64,000 nucleotides of DNA, taken from positions 112,262 through 176,261 of IMG/VR virus record IMGVR_UViG_3300033068_001142, one strand, 5' to 3'. Under the pieces are notes generated by a model. That model worked only from the letters and a program-made list of their open reading frames with translations. It was not told the origin of the DNA and made no database searches. A program made the position numbers and the translations under genes. Positions 1-10,807 of this stretch are shown in pieces. The DNA comes from a virus (taxonomy: Duplodnaviria; Heunggongvirae; Uroviricota; Caudoviricetes). Within the stretch, counting starts at the first letter, position 1. Every line of letters starts with the position of its first letter.

Positions 1-174
1 AATGGAGTTAGCTTATTAGCAACTGACTACATTAGAAGAAATGGACTAAGACCTGAAGTAATGGAAGGTTTAGTAGCAATTAGTCACTTACAAGATTACT
101 TCTTGACTATCAAAAAAATGGGTACGACAGAAGATTATGATGATGAGTCTGAAGATATCGAAATTGAGGGGTAA
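1..174 (+). CDS. 3' end of a small head-module protein (position equivalent to N4 gp58), truncated by window start
   Basis: Frame open from base 1 (NGVSLLATDYIRRNG...EIEG) to TAA at 172-174; immediately upstream of the scaffold-like gene. Confidence 0.45.
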   Translation, partial: NGVSLLATDYIRRNGLRPEVMEGLVAISHLQDYFLTIKKMGTTEDYDDESEDIEIEG

Positions 175-177
175 TGA

Positions 178-1326
178 ATGGCTCTTAATGTATGGGATAT
201 GTCTGATGATGAATTAGAGAGAGCGTTTAGGGAAGCTAAGGCTGACCTAGATAGCCCGGTGACTACTATTGAAGATAATGATGTAGTAAACGATGAAAAT
301 GAAATAGAAACAATAGATCTGGAACAACCCACAGAGGATTCCGATGATAATGGTGATGAAGAAGTTGAATTAACTGATGGTGATGAGGAGCCAGCTGAAG
401 GTGATGATCTTGACGAAGATGCTGAAGTGGAGGATGAGCCAACTGACAAACCAAAAGATGATGAGATTGAGACAGCACAAGAGGAACAATTATATGAGTT
501 CAAGGCGAATGGTAAAGAATATAAGTTAACTGACAAAGAGATTAAAGAACAGTTTCCTAAAATATTTGCTCAAGCAATGGATTATACTAAAAAAACACAA
601 GCTATTAAGCCATGGAGAAAAACTATAGATGCTTTAGAGCAAGCTAAAGTAAGTCATGAAGATATTAGTTTGATGATTGATGTTCTTCGAGGAGACAAAG
701 ATGCTATTGCATCAGTAATTAAACGAACAGGTGTTGATACCCTCGAATTAGATACTGAGAATAGTAAATATGTTCCTAAAAGTTATGGTCGGGATGAAAC
801 TGCCTTAGCTGTGAAAGATGTAATTGATGAGATTAGCTCTGATAAGGAATATGAGTATACTCATAAAATATTGTCGAAAGACTGGGATGATAACAGCTTT
901 AATGAGTTAACTAAAGATCCTGATTTAATTAGAGAATTGCATATAGATGTAAAGAATGGTACGTATGATAAAGTACAACCAATCGCAGAAAAATTAAAAG
1001 TATTTGATAGAGGAAGAAAGTCTGATTTAGAATACTATCTTAGAGCAGGTGCTGAATATTATAATAGTATACAAGCAGAAGCTCAAAAACAAGCAGCAAT
1101 TGAGAACCAAAGAGTTCAACGAGAAGCTAAGATACAAAGACAAGCTGAAATTGAAAGAGTTAAAGCTCAACAAGCAGCTAGAGTAAAAACTACAGAAAAA
1201 GTAGAAGCAAGAAAAGCAGCGGCTCCGGTGAAAGCTAATGCTGGGACAAAGAAAGTGGTAGATTATTTGGATGACTCAGATGAGGCATACGAAGAATGGT
1301 ATAAACAAATGGAATCTAAGAGGTAA
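178..1326 (+). CDS. Scaffold-like head protein (N4 gp57-like)
   Basis: 382 aa; very acidic N-terminus, coiled-coil Q/E/A/K-rich C-terminus; directly upstream of the capsid gene as in N4-like phages. Confidence 0.55.
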   Translation: MALNVWDMSDDELERAFREAKADLDSPVTTIEDNDVVNDENEIETIDLEQPTEDSDDNGDEEVELTDGDEEPAEGDDLDEDAEVEDEPTDKPKDDEIETAQEEQLYEFKANGKEYKLTDKEIKEQFPKIFAQAMDYTKKTQAIKPWRKTIDALEQAKVSHEDISLMIDVLRGDKDAIASVIKRTGVDTLELDTENSKYVPKSYGRDETALAVKDVIDEISSDKEYEYTHKILSKDWDDNSFNELTKDPDLIRELHIDVKNGTYDKVQPIAEKLKVFDRGRKSDLEYYLRAGAEYYNSIQAEAQKQAAIENQRVQREAKIQRQAEIERVKAQQAARVKTTEKVEARKAAAPVKANAGTKKVVDYLDDSDEAYEEWYKQMESKR

Positions 1327-1406
1327 CTCTTAGTTTTCTGGGAAAAGGTTAAGAGCCCTGAAAGACTGGCCAACAACTTAAATTAAAAAAGAGGAATAAG
1401 TAAAAA

Positions 1407-2588
1407 ATGGCAACAAATGTTTATGGTAATGGATTAAATAGTACAGCTGGTGCAAATACAATTGTACATTTCTATGATAGAGCAGGTATTAAAGCTGCTA
1501 ATGCAATTAATGTGTACGGGCAGTTCGCATCTAAAAAAGATATGCCAACTAAATTTGGTAAAACGTTTAAGATTTCAAAATTCTTACACATGTATGACAG
1601 ATCAGTTAATGATGCTGAATTCGCTGCAAAAGGTTTTATGACAGCTAGAACTGCTGATGAGGTTTCATTAGCTTTAACTAATGCATCATTATCTGAAGGT
1701 GCTGGAGCGGTTAATAAAAGATCGTTACAAAAAATTACAGTTGAAACAACATTAGCTAGATATGGTGAAATGATTGATTATACTGATGAAGTTGATTTAT
1801 TCTCAGAAGATTACATTCAAGTAAAATATAGAGAAGAATTAGGTGAGTTAGCTAACTCAAGAATGGAAGATTTAGTTCAATTAGATATGTTAGGTACATC
1901 AACTGTATTATATTCTGGTGCTGCTACTTCAAAAGGTACTGTAGGTGCTGAAGCTGTTGCTGATGGTTCTACTGATGCTACTGTTAAGATTTCTTATGAC
2001 TTAATTAGAAAAGCAGTTAAAAAATTAACTAGAAATAGAGCTAGAAAAAATACTACATTAATTACTGGATCAACTAAAATTGATACTAAAACTGTAGCTA
2101 AATCATACTTTGCAATCATTGATGCAGATGTAAAAACTGACTTAGAGAACTTAGTAAGAGGGACTTCTTATGAGAAAGAATTTGCTTATGTACCAGTTCA
2201 AAAATATGCTGATGCAACTAATATTGCAGATGGTGAAGTTGGATCAATGTATGAAGTAAGATTCATCGAATCTGAAAGAGCAGTAGTATATGCTGGAAAA
2301 GGTGCAACAGTACCAGCGGGGTATACAGGAACATTAGCTTACACTGGAACAATTGGTTCAGGTGCTAAATTTGACGTTCACGCAATTTTATTCCCAACTG
2401 AAGGTGCATTCGCAACTGTTGGATTAAAAGGTCAAGGTAAAATTAACTTCAAATCTAAATCTCCAGAAGAAGTAGAATTAGTTAATCCATACGGAACAAC
2501 AGGTTTCTTCTCATATAATTTCTTCTATGCAGGAATTATCTTAGAGCCTGAGAAGTTATTAGCAGTATACTGTGGAGCTTCTAAATAA
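1407..2588 (+). CDS. Major capsid protein, N4-gp56 family
   Basis: 393 aa; strong RBS (GAGGA); N4-type motifs (ARYGEMIDYTDE, GEVGSMYEVRFI, NPYGTTGFFSYNFFYAG); strongly biased codons. Confidence 0.85.
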   Translation: MATNVYGNGLNSTAGANTIVHFYDRAGIKAANAINVYGQFASKKDMPTKFGKTFKISKFLHMYDRSVNDAEFAAKGFMTARTADEVSLALTNASLSEGAGAVNKRSLQKITVETTLARYGEMIDYTDEVDLFSEDYIQVKYREELGELANSRMEDLVQLDMLGTSTVLYSGAATSKGTVGAEAVADGSTDATVKISYDLIRKAVKKLTRNRARKNTTLITGSTKIDTKTVAKSYFAIIDADVKTDLENLVRGTSYEKEFAYVPVQKYADATNIADGEVGSMYEVRFIESERAVVYAGKGATVPAGYTGTLAYTGTIGSGAKFDVHAILFPTEGAFATVGLKGQGKINFKSKSPEEVELVNPYGTTGFFSYNFFYAGIILEPEKLLAVYCGASK

Positions 2589-2593
2589 TAACT

Positions 2594-2606
2594 GAGCCTT
2601 TGGCTC
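2594..2606 (+). terminator. Short hairpin after the capsid gene (possible weak terminator or stabiliser)
   Basis: GAGCC-TTT-GGCTC just after the MCP stop; no clean U-tract. Confidence 0.3.
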
Positions 2607-2665
2607 GTTATTATCTTAATAAAATAAAATAAAATAAAACTAAAAACCATAAAGGAATAGTATAA

Positions 2666-3178
2666 ATGGCAACAATCGAAGAATTAAAACAAGAAGCAAC
2701 TGAATTAGGTATTAGCTTCAATCAAAACATAGGTGTAGATAAACTACAAGCAAAAATAGATGAATTTTACAAGTCACAAGAGACTTCTGGTAACGAAATC
2801 ATGCAAGCTGTTGCGAAGCAAGAAGCTGCTGAAAAATCAGAAGAGAAATCTGCTGTGAAAGGTAAAGAGGCTGCTATTATCAACTTACATAAGTTTGCTA
2901 TTGATGCAGAAACTGAAGCAAGAAAAACTAGAGTAGTTATTATAACTGATAATGATCAAAGAGAAAACAATCAAACAACTGTAGCAGTAGTTAATTGCTC
3001 TAATATTTATTTTGACTTAGGTACTGCATACATTCCATTGAATGTTCCAGTTGAAGTTAAAGTAGGACACATTAATGTGTTAAAAGAGACTGAGATTCCG
3101 TTACATGTTAAAGATCCAAAGACTGGGTTAAATTCGTTAGCTATGAGACCTAGATACGCAGTAGCATACCAAGATTAA
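2666..3178 (+). CDS. Head-associated protein (N4 gp55-like)
   Basis: 170 aa; N-terminal LKQEATELGISF...IGVDKLQAKI motif; position directly after MCP. Confidence 0.5.
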   Translation: MATIEELKQEATELGISFNQNIGVDKLQAKIDEFYKSQETSGNEIMQAVAKQEAAEKSEEKSAVKGKEAAIINLHKFAIDAETEARKTRVVIITDNDQRENNQTTVAVVNCSNIYFDLGTAYIPLNVPVEVKVGHINVLKETEIPLHVKDPKTGLNSLAMRPRYAVAYQD

Positions 3179-3194
3179 ATAGTAGATATATAGA

Positions 3195-3227
3195 ACCCAC
3201 TTGTCAAATTGATAGGTGGGTTTTTTT
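3195..3227 (+). terminator. Rho-independent terminator
   Basis: ACCCAC-ttgtcaaattgatag-GTGGGT followed by a T-run. Confidence 0.75.
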
Positions 3228-3249
3228 ATGTCTATACAAAGGAGAATGA

Positions 3250-3600
3250 ATGAGTAAGTTTGTGTTAAATAAAGGTATGAGTAATGAGTTTATTATTACT
3301 ATAAAGCAAAATGGTACAACATTACCTATGGAGATAATGGACACAGATACCTTTGTAGCTAAGTTACAGAAGTTGAGTGATGATAGTGTTGTAGCTACTC
3401 CTACAGTTAGTGTTGTTAGTAAACCTAATGGACAAATTAAGGTTATGTTTACTAGTGGGATGGTAAATGGGTTAGATGGTAGTAAAGGTGATAAAGCAGA
3501 TGGGTATTATGCGATTGCTACGTACAAGTTGTCGATTGCTTGTAGTACTAGTAATAATGGTAAATTTGTAGCTAAGGTTAAAAAGGTATATGTAGAATGA
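3250..3600 (+). CDS. Putative beta-rich virion/tail protein
   Basis: 116 aa; RBS AAGGAG; stop overlaps the tail fibre start. Confidence 0.4.
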   Translation: MSKFVLNKGMSNEFIITIKQNGTTLPMEIMDTDTFVAKLQKLSDDSVVATPTVSVVSKPNGQIKVMFTSGMVNGLDGSKGDKADGYYAIATYKLSIACSTSNNGKFVAKVKKVYVE

Positions 3601-6600
3601 TAGAAGTAACAACAGAAGATATTGTAGTTGATATTGTTAATGATATAGATGTTAGTAGTACTGGTAATATTGATGTCGTAGTTGAGGATAATAATGAATT
3701 AGATATTACTGTAGCTAAGAAAGAGTTTGTTATTGTTGGTGATGATATTTATGTACCGATACTGTACGAGGATGTTCCTCAATGGATGAAAGATTTAGTT
3801 AGTTTATCTGTTAACCAAGCAATTGAAGGTGTTAGTACTAGTAATCTGGACCAATTAAATAGTATGTTATCTGAATTTGCTACAAGTTATGTTCCATTAA
3901 ACCAGTATACACAAAGTATATTGGATTTAAGTAATGCTGATGTTAGTTTGCATGCAGTGATTGAGACGTTAAATAGTAACTATGAAGATGGTATTACTAG
4001 TGCTAATAGTCAGATCATTACGTTGCAACAGACTAAAGCAAGTAAAGATGAAGTACTAACTCAAGTGATTGAGACTATTAGTGCACAATTGACTGATGAT
4101 ACTAGCGATATTGGGGCTATAATAGCTAGGCTAGATCAAGCAATAGTTAGCAGCAATCAGTCTAGTGCTTTAAGTTATCAAGCGATTACTGCTACATTAG
4201 AAAGTATGGATGGAGAAATTAGTGGGAATGCAACTGCTATCAATACTCTTAGTAGTTATGTTGGTGTAGTTGATGGAGCGGTTACAGGTACTGGTTTGTT
4301 AGCTGATGTGGCTATTTTGCAGAAGCAAAATGATGGTATTATAGAGACTACAAGTGGGACATATAAGGTTATGCTTAACCCACAAGATCCAAATACTGCT
4401 CAGTTAGTTACAACTGCAGAGCCGTACGCTAGTTGGAAAGCTAGTGAAACTCCTGGGAGTATAGATAATAGACTTGCTCATATTGGGGATGTATATATTG
4501 AGTATGTTAGTAATGCTAATGGAATGAAAGAATATGTAGCTAGTTACAAATTTATAAGAACTGCTGTTGATAGTACAAGTCCGTATGCTACTGATAGTGA
4601 GGGGTTTACTTGGGCACTGGTGGTTGACCAAGCTGCACAAGATGCTTATGAACAAGCGTTAAATGCGTTTGACTTAGCTGATGACAAAAGAAGAGTATTC
4701 GTTAATACTCCATATGTTCCTTATGATGTAGGAGACTTATGGCTTGTTCAAGCTGGAGCAAGTATAATCGGAACTACACAGGGTGGAAGAGTAATACAAG
4801 CCGGAGACATGCTAAGATGTGCTGAAACTAAAACTGGTACTGGATTATACGAACACAATGACTGGATTCCAGCTGACAATTATAGAGAAAGTATGGAAGC
4901 AATCAAGAGCAACTTACAGGAACAAATTGATGGAAAAGTAGACACATACTATCAAGGAACAGTGCCTACTGGGATGACAGTATTAAATAATGGGGATTAC
5001 TGGTATTGTACTACTGATATAAGTACGTATAAAAAAGGAAAAGTGTACAAGTATGTTCATGCTACTACATCATGGGTAGAAACTGCTGACGTTAGTAGGT
5101 ATGCATTCGATACTGCTGATGGTAAAGCTTCAATATTTACTAGCACAAATGTCCCTACAACTGGGTATAAAGTAAATGACATGTTAATAGTTATAGGTTC
5201 GTTTAATAATGGAACTGCAACGTTTAGTGATGGAGTCGTGTTGTCATCTACTACAACCAGAACTACTGGATTTACTATATCAGACTGGGTTAAAAAGATT
5301 AATGATACAGAAGATTTAGATGATTTTGTTGGAAATATTTATCAGCCAGAAATAAATACATTAAAAGCACAAGTTGATGCTAAGATAGAATATTGGTTTC
5401 AAACTACTGATCCAAAAAGTGCTTGGACTACAGATGAAGAAAGAGCTAAGCATAATGGTGACGTATGGTATAACACGACTCCAGGTAATAATATTAGTCA
5501 ATATTATTCTAGTTCTACAAATAGTTGGAATCTAATAAGTGATAAAGCTGCGTTAGATGCAATTACTGCTGCCAATGCAGCTAGGCAACTAGCTGATAGT
5601 AAAGTAGAAGTTAGGTATGGTACTGCTGCTCAAAGAGATACAACAAGTAATGCTTGGACTGATGCTGAAAAAACAAGTAATATTGGTGACTTGTGGATTA
5701 TTAGTGATGAGGGTGATGACCAGAACAAACAGTTCAGATGGACTGGTACTGGATGGTTTGATATTCGAGATAAAAAGATTATATCTAATGCAAGTGCAAT
5801 TACTGCTTTAAAGTCATATGTAGCTATGAATGGGCACACAGCAGGAGGAAGTACTAGCTTGTTGCAAGACCTTAATGCAGAGATATCTGCAGGTACTACT
5901 AAAGTAGACAGTAAGTTTAAGTACGATAGTACTTTAAGTGTAGATGGTATTAACTACAATAGTGGGTTTGGACTTGCTACTAGTTTGACTTCTGGTTCTG
6001 GATTAACTACAGGACAAAGTGAGTTCTGGATTAAGGCTGATAAGTTTAAACTAATGAGTGCAGACGGAAGTAAGAAAAGTAGTTACAGTCCATTTACTGT
6101 TGATGCTACAACTGGGGATATAACATTTAATGGTAAAGTTAGTTTTAATAGTATAAACAATGCTCCAAGTGTTAGTAGTAACCTGTTATATAATAGCGAA
6201 CCATCTATTAGTGGAGGAACTAGAGGATATGTCTTAGGGTATAATGATACTGGTATTACTGCTGTTATTGGTCAGAATGTAGGTGATTGGGCTCCTTCTG
6301 GTTCTTCGTCTATTTATATACATTCTACTGGTACACCAGCTCCAAATACTGTATTTGAGATTAATTCAGAAAAGAAAATACCAATTGTTGGAGGTAAACC
6401 ATATTGTGCATATGCTTACTTTGGTGCTCATAGATGTACTGCTCAGCTAATTATAGGGTTTTATGATGCTAGCGGAAACATAATACAGTTCATTAATGGA
6501 CCTGATGCCCCTGCTGCTGGAGGTGGAAAATCATTATCAGGATATGCTTTATCAATTATAAAAGTTGTTGCACCATCTAATGCTGCTTCTGTATTGATGA

Positions 6601-7709
6601 TTTATAGAGGTAAAAATACAACAAGTGTAAATCCTCATGTATTCGTAGTTAGATCTTACCTTGGTGTTATAGATTCTGTAAATAGTGAAACTCCAGAATG
6701 GAGTGAGGGAACATCTGTAACATATACACCTTCTAATGTAGTATCTGATATAAATAATGGTAACACAACTACTATAAATGGTGGAAGAATAACTACTGGA
6801 AGTGTTACTGCTAACCAGATAAATACTACAGGATTAATAGCTGAAAATATAAGTGCAAACGAAATAGTTGGTAAGACAATTACTGGTGGATCAATATCTG
6901 GAGCAATAATAGAGGGATCAATAATAAAAGCTTCTTACCTTGATTTAAATGGACAATTAAAAGTATTGACTGATTATATTATATCTGTTGCAATGTACAA
7001 CGCAAATCCTAGTTTGTATACAGATGCAGTTTACATAAGTGTATACAATAACTACCGAATTCCAACACTAAGCGTTGTTAAAGAATCAAATTCTGTCTTT
7101 ACAAATATATATTCAGCTGGTTCTATCTATAATGGTTCAATATTTTCATATTCTACAGCAAATGCTGGAACTTTACTTAAAGCTCAAAAAATAAGACCTC
7201 CAGTAACAGTATTAGAGAATACAGACATTATAAGTTCTGTTTCTTATAAGCCATGGTGGTATAATATAAATTATCATGTTTGTAATCATTTTAGGTTATC
7301 TCTAAATGGAATCACACTGATAGAAGTTCATGTTGCATATCAATCAAGAGCTGGAGGTCCAGACGGAAATCTTGAGTATAGTGTAACAAATATTAGTGGA
7401 AATTTAATAAGTCCAATAAATATAACAAGACATATATATTCAGACTCTACATATATACCTTTAGTATATAATTTAGATCTTGGGATAAAAGATGTAGTAT
7501 TGCAGCATACATGCACAACTGGTGGTGGAGCAGGATATGGGTGGAATTACGATTTTAATACAGAAATTAAAATTACACTAAATTCAGGAACAAGAATTAT
7601 GCCATTTGATTGGACTAGTGGTAACATTAAATTTGAACAACTTGTTGATGCACATGGAAGCAATTCATTTACTTTAAAAAATATTCAAATAACAAACTTA
7701 GATTTGTAA
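3597..7709 (+). CDS. Tail fibre / host-specificity protein
   Basis: 1370 aa; helical N-terminus, repeated AD(G/S)K...GD.W modules, QSEFWIKADKFKL...PFTVD...FNG tail-tip-like segment, ITTGSVTANQI repeats; followed by a fibre-assembly-like gene. Confidence 0.7.
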   Translation: MIEVTTEDIVVDIVNDIDVSSTGNIDVVVEDNNELDITVAKKEFVIVGDDIYVPILYEDVPQWMKDLVSLSVNQAIEGVSTSNLDQLNSMLSEFATSYVPLNQYTQSILDLSNADVSLHAVIETLNSNYEDGITSANSQIITLQQTKASKDEVLTQVIETISAQLTDDTSDIGAIIARLDQAIVSSNQSSALSYQAITATLESMDGEISGNATAINTLSSYVGVVDGAVTGTGLLADVAILQKQNDGIIETTSGTYKVMLNPQDPNTAQLVTTAEPYASWKASETPGSIDNRLAHIGDVYIEYVSNANGMKEYVASYKFIRTAVDSTSPYATDSEGFTWALVVDQAAQDAYEQALNAFDLADDKRRVFVNTPYVPYDVGDLWLVQAGASIIGTTQGGRVIQAGDMLRCAETKTGTGLYEHNDWIPADNYRESMEAIKSNLQEQIDGKVDTYYQGTVPTGMTVLNNGDYWYCTTDISTYKKGKVYKYVHATTSWVETADVSRYAFDTADGKASIFTSTNVPTTGYKVNDMLIVIGSFNNGTATFSDGVVLSSTTTRTTGFTISDWVKKINDTEDLDDFVGNIYQPEINTLKAQVDAKIEYWFQTTDPKSAWTTDEERAKHNGDVWYNTTPGNNISQYYSSSTNSWNLISDKAALDAITAANAARQLADSKVEVRYGTAAQRDTTSNAWTDAEKTSNIGDLWIISDEGDDQNKQFRWTGTGWFDIRDKKIISNASAITALKSYVAMNGHTAGGSTSLLQDLNAEISAGTTKVDSKFKYDSTLSVDGINYNSGFGLATSLTSGSGLTTGQSEFWIKADKFKLMSADGSKKSSYSPFTVDATTGDITFNGKVSFNSINNAPSVSSNLLYNSEPSISGGTRGYVLGYNDTGITAVIGQNVGDWAPSGSSSIYIHSTGTPAPNTVFEINSEKKIPIVGGKPYCAYAYFGAHRCTAQLIIGFYDASGNIIQFINGPDAPAAGGGKSLSGYALSIIKVVAPSNAASVLMIYRGKNTTSVNPHVFVVRSYLGVIDSVNSETPEWSEGTSVTYTPSNVVSDINNGNTTTINGGRITTGSVTANQINTTGLIAENISANEIVGKTITGGSISGAIIEGSIIKASYLDLNGQLKVLTDYIISVAMYNANPSLYTDAVYISVYNNYRIPTLSVVKESNSVFTNIYSAGSIYNGSIFSYSTANAGTLLKAQKIRPPVTVLENTDIISSVSYKPWWYNINYHVCNHFRLSLNGITLIEVHVAYQSRAGGPDGNLEYSVTNISGNLISPINITRHIYSDSTYIPLVYNLDLGIKDVVLQHTCTTGGGAGYGWNYDFNTEIKITLNSGTRIMPFDWTSGNIKFEQLVDAHGSNSFTLKNIQITNLDL

Positions 7710-7722
7710 AAAAGAGGTAATA

Positions 7723-8175
7723 ATGAAAGTAGCAGTAAAAAGAGAGCTAAATAGAATAATAGATTTGTTTCCAGATGGAGAGAGTGAAAATAGTACTTAC
7801 ATTATATCAAATGGATATATAGTATTGGATATAGAAGATCCAATACTTACAAGCACAACTAACGAAGATGGTACTATTGATGTTGTATTTAGAGAACTTA
7901 ATCAAGAAGATTACAAAGAATATGATAGAATTAATTACAAATCAATAAGAGATGAGTTAGTAAAAAACATAGTTGTTGTTCATAATGGAATTGAGTATCA
8001 AGGAGATGAGGATTCTCAGAGTAGAATGAGTAGGACTATAAATGGTTTACAAGAAAATGGTACAATAGAATGGAAAGCAAAAGATAATAGTAAGCAAACA
8101 TTATCAATATTAGATCTTAAAGAAATATTATATTTAGCTGGACAAGAACAAACAAGAATATGGTTTAATGAATAA
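7723..8175 (+). CDS. Tail fibre-associated protein (DUF4376-like)
   Basis: YQGDEDSQSRMS...IEWKAKDNS segment typical of DUF4376; follows the tail fibre gene. Confidence 0.55.
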   Translation: MKVAVKRELNRIIDLFPDGESENSTYIISNGYIVLDIEDPILTSTTNEDGTIDVVFRELNQEDYKEYDRINYKSIRDELVKNIVVVHNGIEYQGDEDSQSRMSRTINGLQENGTIEWKAKDNSKQTLSILDLKEILYLAGQEQTRIWFNE

Positions 8176-8204
8176 TATTATAAAATAGAGAAGGAAAGCT
8201 AAGA

Positions 8205-9065
8205 ATGTCAACGACAATATTAATGGAAACTACATTAGATGTAGTAACAAAACAGAGAGAGTTGGTTCAAGAAGCACTTGGACCCGATGGAGCATATGCT
8301 AGGTTAAAAGAAAATCTAGAAATGATGTATGAGAATAGTGATATTAAAGCACAAGATAAAGCAGCTGCAATAACAACTGCTCTGACTCAGTTCACGTCTT
8401 CAGTAACTAATGCTGCTATGCAGATTGGATTGCAATGGAGTAATAATGAGAAAGAATTAGCGTTAAAGAAAGAAGAATTACAATATCAACTTAGTTTGAT
8501 TAATCAACAAACATTGACTAGTGAAGAACAAGCTAAAGGTGTTAAGGCTGATAAGCAGTTAAAACAAGCACAACTAATTAGAGAGTATGGGATAGCTAGT
8601 TTGGATAGTAATGGAAATGTTACTGGATTAGATAACAGTGGTAAAGAATATTACAGTATTCTGAATATTCAAGCTGATACTACTAGTAAAGCTAAACAAT
8701 CTGAAGTATTGGAAGCTAATAAACAACAAGCATGGGCACAGACACATAAGATTGTAGCTGATACATATGTTAATCATGGGACGTATCAATGGACTACGTT
8801 AGCTGCAACAGGAATGAATGGTATTACTAAAAATAGTACTAATGTAACATTGAGTGATATGCAAAAAATTGTATCTCAAGAACAAGCTAAGGGTTATAGT
8901 TATAATGCTTGGTCGAATGCGGCTAGTGCAGGAGCTAGTATGTTAGGTACATTGGCTGGAGCAGAAATCCAAAGTATTGATGCAACGTCTTGGGCTGAAA
9001 TGATTAACTTGTGGAAGACTCCAACAACTAAATTAGGAGCAACAGTAACTCCTACGTTTTCGTAG
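8205..9065 (+). CDS. Putative virion structural protein
   Basis: 286 aa coiled-coil protein in the structural block upstream of the vRNAP. Confidence 0.4.
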   Translation: MSTTILMETTLDVVTKQRELVQEALGPDGAYARLKENLEMMYENSDIKAQDKAAAITTALTQFTSSVTNAAMQIGLQWSNNEKELALKKEELQYQLSLINQQTLTSEEQAKGVKADKQLKQAQLIREYGIASLDSNGNVTGLDNSGKEYYSILNIQADTTSKAKQSEVLEANKQQAWAQTHKIVADTYVNHGTYQWTTLAATGMNGITKNSTNVTLSDMQKIVSQEQAKGYSYNAWSNAASAGASMLGTLAGAEIQSIDATSWAEMINLWKTPTTKLGATVTPTFS

Positions 9066-9067
9066 AT

Positions 9068-10753
9068 ATGAAGACTTATATAGACTTCTGTTCTACGATG
9101 CAAGCAGAATTGACAGCTAAGTTAAAGTTAGCTAGTCAGTTGAAGAGGTTGTGGGGTACTCACGTTGTAGATGGTATTGAAGTCTACAATTCACAATTTA
9201 CGATATGGCCTGGTACTGAAACAGAAAATGTAAAAAAAGTTCTAAAGTTGTTTAATATACCTATTAGGGATATACAAGATCAAAGTAAAGATGGGATAAC
9301 TAGATTGTACTTGAAGTTTGATCCTAATAAAATGGATACGACTAGTTATAGTAAAGAAGCGTTAGCTACGATGTTAGAAACTAGTATACCGTTTGATGTA
9401 GAAAGAGAGTTTACATTAACTTATACTGATAGGAATGATCCTAGTAAGTTTATTGGTTGGGGTAAAGATCAAATTCAAGCGTTTGTCGAAGCTAATATTA
9501 ATTCGGTTACTACTACTGGATTTACTAGGACTCAGGATCTAGATGATGAGAATATTGATAATATTATAGGAAGTTACATTATTGCAGAAGCAGGAGTAGA
9601 CTTTCAAAAGACTTTAGTTGATGCAGCTGTAATTGCAACACCTGATACAGAAGTAATTGAAGGATTCAGGGAGAGAGCAGTTAAGTATATTTCTAGTATC
9701 GTATTAAAGTATAAATATAAACGTATTGGGTACTTAGATGATAGTAGTCCTATCGTTGTAGATATGTATGATGATATGGTGAATGCTGCTGTAGATAGTG
9801 ATACGGATATAAGAGCAAGTAAGGTAAGATCGTTACTGGCTAGACGTGAAACAGGGTTGACAAACACTTTGTGGTATGATGGTATGATAAGGACTGAGTC
9901 TTCGAGATTACTGAAAAAGCATGATTATGCGAATTTAGTGTTTGGTTCGCTTGGTACAGGGTATGATCAGAAGAAAAGTAAGGGATGGTTAAAGATACTA
10001 GCTATTATTATAATTATTGTTGTTACTGTCATTACTTGGAATCCTGGTGCTGGATTAGCTGCCGGGGCTGCGGTTACTGCAACATCTACATTAACCGCAA
10101 TAGCAGTTACTGCTGCAGCTGTAACATTAGCATTGACTGTGTATTCGATGATACTAGTTAAACATGGAGAGGCTGGGTCTGCTCAATATGTTGGTAGGTG
10201 GATAAAAGTATCTGGGTTTGTTGCTACAGTTGCTGGGGTTATGGCTGCAATAAGTTCGTTAACACAACAAGCCCTAAAAGCAGCTACTGAGAGAAGTTTG
10301 CAGAATATGGCAGCAAGCGCTGGGACTGAGGTTGTTGCAAGTAGTGCGGAGGTTGCAGTAGCTAATGCAGGGGTAAGTAGTGTAGAAGTTACGGTAGGTG
10401 ACTTGGTGAAAGCAGGTACGGATATGGCCATGAAGAGTGTAGAGAGCTCAACGAGTGGTGTGCTGAATTCACTGTCAACAGCTTCAAAAGTAGTTAATCC
10501 GCTAATGGAATGGCGAGAAAAGAATAAGATGGAAGAGCTAACTAGTATGAGTGATGAGTATAAAAAACAACAAGCTTTGCTAGTGGAAGAATATGATAAG
10601 AATATGCACATAGGTGTTGAAGATATAAAAGTATCTACAAAACCCTTAGTGTTGGATAATTTACAGTATGAGGTTGATTACTTGTATGAGCCTACTAGGT
10701 TTAATATACAAAGAGGAAGCTTTGCAAGAAGTGGGCTGAATGTTATTAGCTAA
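9068..10753 (+). CDS. Putative ejection protein with hydrophobic membrane-like segments
   Basis: 561 aa; long hydrophobic Ala/Ile/Val stretch (LKILAIIIIIVVTVITW...). Confidence 0.4.
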   Translation: MKTYIDFCSTMQAELTAKLKLASQLKRLWGTHVVDGIEVYNSQFTIWPGTETENVKKVLKLFNIPIRDIQDQSKDGITRLYLKFDPNKMDTTSYSKEALATMLETSIPFDVEREFTLTYTDRNDPSKFIGWGKDQIQAFVEANINSVTTTGFTRTQDLDDENIDNIIGSYIIAEAGVDFQKTLVDAAVIATPDTEVIEGFRERAVKYISSIVLKYKYKRIGYLDDSSPIVVDMYDDMVNAAVDSDTDIRASKVRSLLARRETGLTNTLWYDGMIRTESSRLLKKHDYANLVFGSLGTGYDQKKSKGWLKILAIIIIIVVTVITWNPGAGLAAGAAVTATSTLTAIAVTAAAVTLALTVYSMILVKHGEAGSAQYVGRWIKVSGFVATVAGVMAAISSLTQQALKAATERSLQNMAASAGTEVVASSAEVAVANAGVSSVEVTVGDLVKAGTDMAMKSVESSTSGVLNSLSTASKVVNPLMEWREKNKMEELTSMSDEYKKQQALLVEEYDKNMHIGVEDIKVSTKPLVLDNLQYEVDYLYEPTRFNIQRGSFARSGLNVIS

Positions 10754-10760
10754 GGTGTAG

Positions 10761-10782
10761 TTAAGTGATATTTAGTTATAAT
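10761..10782 (+). promoter_or_regulatory. Putative promoter TTAAGT-N10-TATAAT
   Basis: Perfect -10 box in intergenic space; same motif found at four other sites. Confidence 0.6.
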
Positions 10783-10807
10783 AGAAAAAAGATGATAGGA
10801 GAATAAT

